DNA from: Azolla caroliniana
Lineage: Eukaryota > Plantae > Polypodiophyta
NCBI GenBank assembly: GCA_043228905.1
Contig: JBHGNT010000009.1
Span: forward strand, 8,928,001 to 8,992,000
DNA length: 64,000 nucleotides
Reading direction: 5' to 3'
The translations under genes and the position numbers were made by a program. The notes under the pieces are model-generated. The model worked only from the letters and a program-made list of their open reading frames with translations. It was not told the origin of the DNA and ran no database searches. The first letter of the stretch is position 1. Each line of letters starts with the position of its first letter. Positions 37,428 through 48,138 of the stretch are shown one piece after another.

Positions 37428-38250
37428 TACCCTCGGCCTCACGTTGCCCCGACTCGTTACCCTCGGTCTCACGTTACCCTCGGTCTCACGTTGCCCCGAA
37501 CAGCCGGGGTCTCCGGACAGGTGTGAAGGATCCTTCTTGGGCCTCCATCTTGTTGGGTCACCGACTCGTGTGCCAAGTGCGTCCGATCTTTGTCTTGCCA
37601 ACCCTACTGCTCGGGACTGTATCCGGTTCGTGGCCGCCTCACCGACCTCATACCTCCTTTCTGCTCTACCTTCATCGTCCGATCACGTTCTCCTGCCGTC
37701 ACCATCCTTTCCTATAAGACTCACGTCGGCTCTTGAGCCGACCACCAGATCGGTGTGAGAATCTCCATGGGACCTCCCCTTTTGGCGTCTCGGTTTCCCG
37801 CCTTGTCGCCGCCACCATTCTTCTCTCTAGATCTCACGCCGGCTCTCGTTGCCGGTTGCCGGAGTCTCGAGAACTAGTGTGTGTAAGGTCGTGGCAGCAC
37901 TGCTTGCCGTTTTCCCGACCTTTGCGTCGGCCTCTTCTGCTAGTCACGTTCACCTGCCAACACCGATCTCTCCTATAGGACTCACGCCGGCACTCGGGCC
38001 GACCGCCGGATCGGTGTGAGGATCTCTGCAGACCGCCATCCTGTAGTCACATTCACCTGCTGCCACCGATCTCTCCTATAGGACTCACCCGGCACTCGGG
38101 ACAACCACCGGATCGGTGTGAGGATCTCCGTGGACCGTGCCTTTTTCAGTCCCTTTTGCCTTCGTCCCCTCGCCGCCACCGTTTGCTACTCTAAGTCTCA
38201 GGCCGGCTCTTGGGCCGACCGCTAGAGTCTCTAGAACCGGTGTGAAGGAT
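37428..38250. repeat. Tandem repeats in the internal region of element I
   Basis: ~17-bp units TACCCTCGGTCTCACGT (37428-37495) and ~110-bp units containing CTCACGCCGGCACTCGGG...GGATCGGTGTGAGGATCTC (37716-38250). Confidence 0.75.
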
Positions 38251-39407
38251 CCTCCTCGGGCCTCCATCTTGTCTCTGACCCTTACCCCGGGTCGTCTTTG
38301 TCCGCAAGTCCATAGGGTGGCTCGCTCCACACCCTCCCCCGTGCTCTCGACGTACCGTGCTCCCGACCTCTTCGTAGGCCCGCTCTCTCCCCTCTCCCGG
38401 ATTGGTTATCCGGAAGTCCGCTCCGCCTAGTTCTCGTCTGGGACCACCAACCCTTTTAGTGGTGTCGGTGGAAAGCATCCGCTTTGTGATCAACCAAGCT
38501 CGCCTAGGCTTGATTCTCCAATGTCTGGAGTTTCGACTCTAGTGCCGACCTTGCCGGACTCGTTCTGAACCCTTGATCACCTTCCTTCCAATTCCCGACC
38601 TTCGCCCGGTTGGTCTTTCTCCCCATGTAAAAGAGGGCGGCTCGTTCCTCACCCTCTCCCGTATGGGCACCCTCATGCTGATTCTGGCCCCAGTCGAACA
38701 ATCCACGACTAGATCGTGCTCCAACCGAATCGGAGTGTCGCGCGGTACGGTCCCTAGTCGGGTCGTTTCTTGGTCTCTTCTTCGACCTTCTCGTGAGCTA
38801 TCTCCCATCCATCTTCGTTGGCATCGTGTCAGGACTCCTCGATACCGTCATCCATCTCCTCAGTCTCACATGGGTGTATGGGCCCGAACGCCGAGTTCTC
38901 CGGATTTGGTCCTGCAGGCTCTTGTTTGTTCCTTCCTCGTATCGTTTCACCGGTGATTCTCGGTCTCACGCAACCACCTTCCTCCTCTTGGGACTCACGT
39001 GGGCACTCGGGCCTGACTGCCATCGTCTCGAGAACAAGTGTGGGAAGATGCGAAGAATCGCCCGTTCGTTTTTCGCCCTTGTCCGTAGCCACCGACTCGT
39101 GGTCGGTGGTTGTCTTCTTACCGATCGCGCAAGCCCTGCCTGGGCCCGCTTCTCCAATGTCCGGGGTTTCGGGCTGACGTGCCCTAAACCGATGGTCCCA
39201 ATGTTCCGATTCTACGATCGATATCTCAGCCTCGTCCTCGGCCGTTCTATCTCCGCAAGTCGAGAGGGCGTTTTGTTTCGCATCCTCTCTCGTGGTACCG
39301 TGGTACCGATCTTCTGCCTTCTTGTGGGGCAAGTTCGTCTCCTCGGCCTCGACTCGCGGCCTTGATCTTTCCTCTTCCTCGAGCATCGCCTCGAGAGCTG
39401 CATACAT

Positions 39408-40247
39408 TGTTGTGCCTCTCGGCGCCGGATCGTTACATGAGTCGGGTGAGAACCGCTGGGGTTTTGGACTAGGAGAAAGGAGATCGTGAGATAGAGATTA
39501 ATTATGAGTAGATAGCAAAGAGAAAGATAAGAAACTCGTGAATCACACGAGTATACTATATTAATTGGTACTTAGGTTGTTAAGAAAGAAGTAGATGCAT
39601 AAATCGTGAATCCCACGAATAATTTTTATATTGATCAATACTTAATCCAAAAAAATAACCAAACCTTATACATCTTTCTCTCCTCCTTATATAAGGATGG
39701 AAGAGGCTAAGCATAGCTTCTTGCTTTTCTAAAGTGTTAATGCTCTCTAAATTTGCATGCTTTACTTTTCCCACTACAATTTCCTAAATTTAGCATTCAT
39801 GCCCGCTAGATGTGCATGCGTAATTTTATTAGTGTACATATAAATAAAGTTTTCACGCATTCTAAAAATGCATGACTTATCTTTTAATAAAGGTAGGTGA
39901 AAATAAAGGTTTTATAAGTATTTAATCTATATTTGAAACACTTAGAATAAGTTAGTATAATGGTAAGGCTGAAGTTTGTCTGCGTGGAGGTGCAGGGTTT
40001 GAATCCTACCCTATACACGTAACAGAAATTTTAATGTTTCTTTTATTTACAATTGTGTCTCTTCATCCCGTAAGAGACTCTCACCGGCCTTCTTCATCTG
40101 GCTCTTCCTTGCCGATTCCTCCTTGCCGGTTTACCGATTCCTCCTTGCCGGTTTGCCTTTTCATCCGGTTCTCACCGGGTATTTCATTCTCTATCCGGAT
40201 GGACAAATTGCAATTTCCACGTAGTGTGTAAATTACACACTACAACA
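39408..40247 (-). repeat. Solo LTR G (same type as the 3' LTR of F), nested in I
   Basis: Minus-strand termini TGTTGTAGTGT...GGCACAACA; shares CTAGTCCAAAACCCC.GCGGTTC and ACCCGACTCA with 33293-33356; flanks ACAT/ACGC. Confidence 0.8.
39945..40015 (+). other. tRNA-like segment (A-box/B-box) inside LTR G; homologue at 32679-32745 (minus) in the 3' LTR of F
   Basis: GTTAGTATAATGGTAAG...GGTTTGAATCC at tRNA-like spacing; F copy GTTAGTGTAGTGGTTAAG...GGTTCTAATTT. Confidence 0.5.
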
Positions 40248-41042
40248 ACGCCTCTGCAATCCTGGTCCCGAAGCCGAGCCTTAACGACTCTCTTTTCCGT
40301 TCGACCTCTTCCCATTGTGATGGCACGCCGTCGCGCACCTTCCCCTTAGCCTTCTCGGCTTGCTCATCATCTAGCCATTGGCACACCCTTCCGACCTTCG
40401 ACTAGTCCTTGGTGAGGCCATTCGCTCCGTCCTCGTCTTCGAGCTCAATCCTGATGGCCTCCCGTTCCGCTCGGTCGATCGACTTAACGAACAACAGGAC
40501 TTTGTTCGCCCCCACCAAACCTTGTTCCCACTCCGGAGCCAAGCAAGCCGTCGCTCGAACTCTCGGAACGCCTTCGTTGCGCCCCAGTGGGTCTTTCCCG
40601 ATGCTACCCACTGGTCGAAGCCACGTCGTCCCTGGTTCTTCTGCCGTCCCCAATATGCATGCATGAGCGCCTCTTCGAAGGCCTCCCACGAACTATGAGC
40701 TTCTCGGAGCTCCTTCACTTCCGCGTGCATACGGACGACGACGACCCGACAGAAGAACTCCAGCCTCAACGCCTCAACTACGTCTTGCTCCTCCATTTCC
40801 GCGTTGTAGGCTTCCAAGTAAAATAGGACTTTGTCCCCGTTGAAACGACCGACACTTTCGACCACTCACTCAACCGCTTCGACAAAAAGTTGCGCCAAGT
40901 CGTCTTCTTCCAGCTCCATTCTCCCTTGCCGCCCTTCACGTCGGGTTCACCAAATATGTCGCGTTATTATGCGCGTGCGTGTAGAAGGGAGGGACCACAT
41001 GGGGTTTCGGATGAGGGAGGAAAGGATGCCGAGAAGCCGAAA

Positions 41043-41077
<35 letters not shown>

Positions 41078-41174
41078 ATGTGCGCGCTACACTGACTCTT
41101 ATGCACGAAAACAAAAGGGGTGGAAACACCCGACACTACCAGAGACGTGGATGCACACAACCAAGCATATATAT

Positions 41175-41218
<44 letters not shown>

Positions 41219-42487
41219 CAATGGAAGAGATACAACCTCGGCTTCGAGCCGGACCAAGGTAGGTTACAACATCAGTCTGCTGCCAAGCCGCCGATCGGGG
41301 AGCTCTCGGGCTTGTCACGTCGAGCGGGGTCTTGCACAGGGGACCAAGCAGAAGCAAACCCTAAATAGACACGAACTCTCTACCCACGCGACGACGACGA
41401 CGACAACGAAGAAGAAGAAGAAGAAGAAAGAAACTACCTAAGGGTATACCCTCTAACACAAAATGGGCAACCCCTCTACAAGGGACCATCCCTTCCTTTT
41501 ATAGAACAAGGAGAGGGATGCGTTACAATGTGGGATAAATCCCGATTTACATGGGATTCTTTGTCTCGACTTGACTCCCACTCGGCGCCATAAAGGCACC
41601 CCTATTATTCACACATTTATACAAGGGCGAGTGCACACGATGCACTCTGCCGATTCTCCCGATATTCTCCAATTCCGTCTAGGGACGGTTTTCTCCACGA
41701 TAGCGGATTGGGCAAGTTATAAAGCGGATAGACGGTCAACATCAAGATTTCATCTTCTCCCTTGGCAACGGGGCAATCTCATGAAGTAGCAAGACACAAC
41801 CGACAGTCGCATTGTCGAGCACGAAGGCCAAATACAGGGGTGCGGTGGTTGCCGCGTGCGAACCCGTATGGCTCAAGCATATACTGAAGGATCTGGATGT
41901 ACCCATCAAGGATTCGATTCGTCTATGTTGCGACAACATGAAAAGTATCTACCTGACATGGAACCTCGTATTCCATGTGCGAATTAAGCATGTTGAAGTG
42001 CACTACCACTTCATCCGCGAACGCGTGTAGGCCGGAGATATAGACTTACACCACATCAACACGAATCTACAAGTAGCCGACATTTTCACGAAATCCCTGG
42101 GTTTCGACAAGTTACGGCAGTTCGTGTCAAACCTTGGCCTATCTATTGCCGACTAGCCCAGCATGAGGGGGAGTACAGAATAGTGAACCGATCGATTGAT
42201 CAAAGCCGAACAAGGAGTACACAACCGAAAAGCTGAACAATCAAAGTTCGACGCGTTCTGAAGACCGATCCGAAACAATTTTTCGATGTCCGTAAGTTGT
42301 GTTCGAAGGGGCGTGTTGAGAATCTAACTCAACTTCCCATAGAAATAGGTATCACACTAGCTCATGGACATGCCGGGCTAGTTTTGTAAATAGTAGAAAG
42401 GTCCCTTGCCCTAGTTTAGTTGGTATTTAAACCAACCTTTTGTAACTTTGTTACTGTTGGAAGTAATACATAGTTTTCTCATCTTAA

Positions 42488-42552
<65 letters not shown>

Positions 42553-45500
42553 GTGCTCATACACACACACACACATAGTCCTATCGCTGCATACAATCAC
42601 TCTCCTTTCTTTACACTCCGATTATAGAGGTTGTACCATAACCGGCATTGGTGGTTGGGAGAAGAAGTGAGTCGAAGGACATTTGAAGGCATGTGGCTCC
42701 TTGAACTTTGAAGACGAGATCAGCAGCGCCATGGAGGCGGTCTCATTTGACAACACTCTCAGGGAGATGGAGAGGTTGGCCAATGAGGGCCTACGCGAAA
42801 ATCGGATTATTCCGGTTGCTTCAATCGAAATGTACGAAGTCATCGCGGACTTCGGAAGGATGGTTGGGTCGAATCGGATGACCCTAGTATGCACGAAGTA
42901 CGAGACTGTGGACCGGAAGGTGAGACCAGTAGCGGCTCCCTTGCCAGAGGACAGCTAGGAGTGGATGAAAGGGGTCATAGCCTAGCCAAATTTATGAGAT
43001 TCGGCTGGCATAGGGTACCGGTTCACCGAGGAGACGCTACGGGAGCTCAAGATCGGTGGGGCTAGCTTCCTACTACCCGCGGAGGAAGACTGGTTTAGGA
43101 GGATGCTTGGAAGGCACAAGAAAGCCTTCACACTCTCTTAGGGGGGAGATCGGGTGCAATCCACCCGATGATCGTAGAGCCAATGGTGATCTTCACAATA
43201 CCGCATGTACCGTGGAATCTTAAGCCGGTTCCGGTGCCGATAGCTCACATCCCGAAGTTGATGGAGCTAATCAAGCAGAAGGTCAAGATGGGGATCCTCG
43301 AGCCGTCGAGCGCTCCATACTCGAATTGGTGGTTTACGGTACCAAAGACGAACGGCACGTTGTGCTTCATTAAGGACCTGCAGCCGGTCAACAAGGTGAC
43401 CATTCATAATGCAAGAATCGAGCCAACAATCGACAAGTTTGCAGAGGCCTTCGCCAGAAGGTCGATCTACTCGGTCAACGATTTATACTCGGGGTACGAC
43501 CAATTCCAACTAGACATAGAGAGTAAGGACATCGCGACGATGCGAACCCCTCTCTACTTAGTTCGGATGTGCACCCTGCCGCAAGGAGGGACCAATTCAG
43601 TGGTGCACATGGTGAACTCGATGAACAAGGTTTTGAGGGATTGCATCCCTGATATCACCATGTCGTTTCTGGATGACATCCCGATAAAGGGGTGTCCAGA
43701 GGACACGAAGGACGAGTCGATCGGGGTGGACGAAGGTTGGATGTTTGTCGTAGAACACATCTCCGACTGCGAGAAGATACTGCAGGGAGAAGTCGGCTTT
43801 CGGAAAACTGGAGATCCTGATGGTCGGGCACCTATGCGGACCATACAGTCAAAAATCGTCTACGATGAAGGTAGAAACCATCTTGGCAATGAAGGATGAG
43901 TGTAGGTCGGTCACGAAAGTCCGACGATTCCTGGGAGCATGCGCCTTCTACCACATTTGGATCCCTCACTACACGCACCTTGCCGAGCCACTCTATGGGT
44001 TGTTGAAGAAAGGTTGGAAGTTCGAATGTGGTGCAGAGCACATGGAGGTGGTCTGGAAACTAAAGGAGAGGTTGACGACAGCACCGGCTCTCCGGAAGGT
44101 GGTATACAAGGCGAATACTCCAGTTTACGTAACGGTGGATACGAGTGTGACTGGAATCGGGTGGGTGATTAATTAGGAAGACGAGGACAACACACGATTC
44201 CCAATCCGGTTTGGTATGAAGGTTAAACACGAACTCTAGGGTATCGTTTCGGAGGTTAAGGCCGATAAGGACTATTTGATTGGGGCGGAGGTAATCATCG
44301 AGATAGACTACTTGCCGATTCTCGACATGGTGTCCGGACATGGCGATGCTCAGGTGGATCACGTATGTAAAGTCCCTGAATCCGGAGATACGGCACATCT
44401 CTAGAAAGGATGACGCCATGGACGATATGCTTTCGAGAGCACGGTTTGAGAACAAGGACGGCATGGTGACCAAAGATGAAGAAGTCGGCGAGGACTTCTT
44501 CAAGTCGGCCCGTCTGAGGGCAAGAAAACAGGGCACTCCGGCCTTGAGCGAGTTTGACGAGACGGACAACGACGGGGAGTGGCTCCAAAATGGTAAATTC
44601 CTAAGCACGTTGAGGCCGGATGCGGCATGGACGAAAAACGAAGAGAGCCGGATCCGGAAGAAGGCTTACCGGTTCTTTTTACTGAATGGTAAGATATGGA
44701 AGCACCTAAAGAGACGTACCGGCACTCCACTCCGGGTGGTGGCAAAGAAGGAAGAGCAATCGATACTCGTTTCGGGGTTCCACGAGAGCCCCTGGTCCAA
44801 ACACGTTCGAGAAACTAAAGGAGAAGTATTGGTGGCCGGGGATGTATCGGGACGTGCACGATTTCGTAACGACATGTGAGAGTTGCCAAGTGCATTCCGG
44901 AGTCCGGCACTGAGATGAGTTACACCCGACCTACCCCCCAACCATTCACTTCAAGTGGATGGTCGATTTAGTGACGATGTCGATGGGTGTAGGACAGATG
45001 CGGTACCTGGAGCTCATGAGGGAAGATCTGACGAACCAAGTGGAAGGTTGAGCATTGATGAACAAGATGACCACATATGTATGCAAGTTCCTAATCAAGG
45101 ATATAATTTTCCGATACGGGTGTGTGGGTAAGATCATGGCCAACCGAGGGGAGCTGGATGCGCAAGAAGCTAAGGAACTGTTTGACCGATTAGGGATTAA
45201 GCTTTCCCTCCCCAAGACGTACAATCCGGAGGCCAATGGGAAATTCGAGCGTGGACATGGGTCGATCATGAAAGCATTGGTGTGAGCGTGTGACGGACGA
45301 GTCAGGAACTGGTTGAAACTACTTATGCGCTTTGGGCCGACCAAACTACGCACAGTTCGGTCACCGGATACATGCCGACCAAGCTTATGTTCAGACCTAC
45401 CGATGGCCGACATCTTCACAAAGGCCCTGGGCATCGACAAGTTACGGTAGTTCACGACGAACCTAGGTCTCTCGACCACCGACCAGCCCAACTGGAGGGG

Positions 45501-45938
45501 GAGTAAGGAACTGTCCGACACAACGTCAATCAAATAAGAATGATCATGGGGGTGAGCTGGCCATTCGAAGCCGAAGCCGGAGTCAACTCGAAGCTGACCC
45601 AAAGACCAATCCGAACCAACTATTCGGCGATCGGAAGTTGCATTTGAAGGGGCGTGTTGAGAATCAAACTCAACTTCCCTAGTGTGGGAACACACCTTAG
45701 TATACTCAAGTGTGTGAACACCCCACCTCCTAGTATAGTAACTAGTGTATCATAGAACCTTAAAGTTCTATGACACATATTTAGTAGATAGTTAAGTGTC
45801 CACCTCTTTTGCAAGTGGTGGTTGTAGTGAGAGAACATAGAGAGAAGGTGACTACATAAGCAACTTCTTCTCCCCTTTGTAACTGTTGGTTCTCTTATTC
45901 TCTTGTGAATACAATGTTCTTTTTTGTTGTATAACTCT

Positions 45939-45997
<59 letters not shown>

Positions 45998-45999
<2 letters not shown>

Positions 46000-48138
46000 G
46001 AAGTTACTCAACAATTTATCCAAACACAAGAGAAAGCACATGAATGTGCTAAATTTTGGGGAAATATAAAGGGGAAACGTGTTGAGAGTTATGGTGACTT
46101 AACTCTTCACGACTTGTCTATGCTTTATAAGAATTTATATGAGTTATCTCATGCCAGAAAGATGATGTGTTATGGTTCTCTTTCACATATGTCTCCCTTC
46201 TTTACAATTGAAGATATATGCATAGGACTTAAGAAATTGACCTCTCGAAAGGAAAGTGATCTTCAATGTATAAAGGCTGAAATGCTCAAATGGACGGGAA
46301 AGGAAGCACATGTATGGATAAGCGATATGTTTAATGATGCATTGCAACAAGGTATGTCGTACGATTGGACTACAAATTGGATCAAACCTTTACATAAAGG
46401 TGGAGATGTAAATAATGTAAACAATTATCGAACCATCATGGTTGGCTCATTAATGGCAAAACTGTTTGGATGTATAATGGAATCAAATATAAGTGTATGG
46501 GCTAAAAAAAATGGTAAGAGAGATTATGGACAAGCTCACTTTCGAAAACACCATAGCACCATTGATCACCTTGTCACCCTTCGAGTATTAATGGAGGAAA
46601 GTCGTCTTAGAGGTAAAGGTTTATATTGTTGTTTTGTAGACTTCAAGAAAGCTTTTGATATGGTACCTCGTGAGCATCTTTGGAGGCAAATGGAAGAACT
46701 TGAGGGGCCAAGTGAATATATGCTTGCAATTTCCCAAATTTATGAGAAGGTTATATGTTGTGTGCGCATGAGAGATAAACTTTCAGATTTTTTCAAAAGC
46801 ACTATTGGTGTTAAGCAAGGATGCCCACTCTCACCAACACTATTTGGTCTATGCATTGATGAATTGGAAGAAATGGTTACCAAGTTTGCAAAGGAAGAAT
46901 GTGTTGTCATTAGGAATGTTGTGATTATGCTTTTGCTATATGCAGATGATGTAGTGCTTTTTGCAAATACTTTAGGAGATGCACAAAAGCTTATGAAGGC
47001 ATTGGAAAAAATTTGCATGCATACTAAATTAAGCGTCAATAGCTCTAAAACAAAGATTATGCTTGTGAAGAGAAAAAAAAGAGATAAACCATGCATTATG
47101 TACAACAATGAACCACTTGAATGTGTGCAAAGCTTCAAATATCTTGGCCTTGAAGTTCCTTCAAATCATAGATGGAATGAATGTGCTACACGCCGCTTAG
47201 AGGCGGGTAAGCGAGCATACTATGCATTTGAGAACACATGTAATCTTGGATATATTAAGTGTTGGGTCCTCAAGAAATATCTTTTTGACACTTTGGTGAC
47301 ACTGGTTCTTCTCTATGGGATGTATAGGGCGGTAGCATCCTTAAATCTATGTGGAAAGAGTTTGAAAATGTCTTACACCCTCCTCCTTGAGACGGGATCG
47401 CTTCCCATTGAGATCATGGCCATGGAAAGGGTTGTTGAATACATGCTTAAGGTTCAAAAAAGTCCCTCACGTCATCTTCCTAGAATTGCATGGGAAGAAA
47501 ACAAAAAGATCCAAAAGGCACATAAAAGCAAAATTTTGTGTTCTAGTTGGATGCAAGATATAGAAAAATGGTTTGGTAGATGGGATGCAAGACACTTGCT
47601 TTATGATGCATCATTAGATTCCTCTGTAAATGAGGCATTTTTGCAATGCCAATGTATCATGACATGAGACAAATGTGGAGGCTCACGCTTCACACATTAT
47701 ACTACACATGTTGCACCTAACTACAAAACCATATTCTTTGCGGAATGGGAAATCGTACACATCGATACATGTTACAACCCATACCATTATCTCATTCGAA
47801 CCATTGCTTCCATGCGACTTAGCTCACATGCATTGTGATGTGAGACTGGACGTTGGGGCACAAGTGATGAGAGTGGTCGGCTATGCACACTTTGCCCTAA
47901 ACAAGTTCGCAAGTCTGAGTATCACACTTTGATACAATGCTCTGCCTTTGATCATATTCGATCATGCTTTCCACATCTCTTCGACCGAGCCCAATCCTTG
48001 CATGAGTTCCTCTCACAACCACAATGTGCACTCTTGATTGCAAAATTTATTGGTAAAGTTCTTGAACATTGAGAGTCACTACTCACTTTCACACGTACCA
48101 CGTGAAATGTAATATTTTTGGTCTCATAGGTCATATTT
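45998..48138 (+). mobile_element. 5'-truncated non-LTR retrotransposon (RTEX/RTE-like); its 3' tail resumes at 50882-50920 with (ATCT)n
   Basis: RT motifs NNYRTI, FVDFKKAFD, KQGCPLSPTLF, LLYADD; C-terminal ETGRW...RLCTLC...HTLIQC; starts directly after (CT)n 45941-45997. Confidence 0.88.

Larger units (their letters stand above)
36339..41702 (-). mobile_element. Non-autonomous gag-only gypsy element I (tRNA-Trp PBS)
   Basis: LTRs 36339-37154 and 40957-41702; PBS 40935-40952; PPT-like GGTGGGGGCAGA 37155-37166 (minus); gag remnant GRFNGDKVLFYLEAYNAEM; no pol; 4-bp TSD GAGG/GCGG within D's GYTDADW. Confidence 0.88.
22163..42615 (+). mobile_element. Ty1/copia element D, degenerate; hosts E, F, H and I
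   Basis: LTRs 22163-22440 and 42314-42615; TSD CTCCG; decayed PBS TGGAATCAAAGC 22441-22452; coding pieces 28185-29749, 33357-33577, 34328-36338 and 41703-42175. Confidence 0.92.
8463..45398 (+). mobile_element. Ty3/gypsy element J (tRNA-Trp primed, Phygy-like), split by A, B and D; 3' end deleted
   Basis: 5' LTR 8463-9179 (TGTCG...CGACA); PBS 9184-9201. Gag/PR pieces 9225-9664, 15039-15727, 21066-22162 (PR ALIDHGSEINL). Pol 42621-45398: RT PHVPWNLKPVPVP...DLYSGYDQF...FLDDIPIKG; RH VTVDTS; INT YNPEANGKFERGH. Confidence 0.85.

Noticed and set aside
45886-45997. Hydrophobic N-terminus (signal peptide) on the LINE RT ORF
   Set aside because: It is derived from LTR sequence and the (CT)n run upstream of the 5' truncation point.
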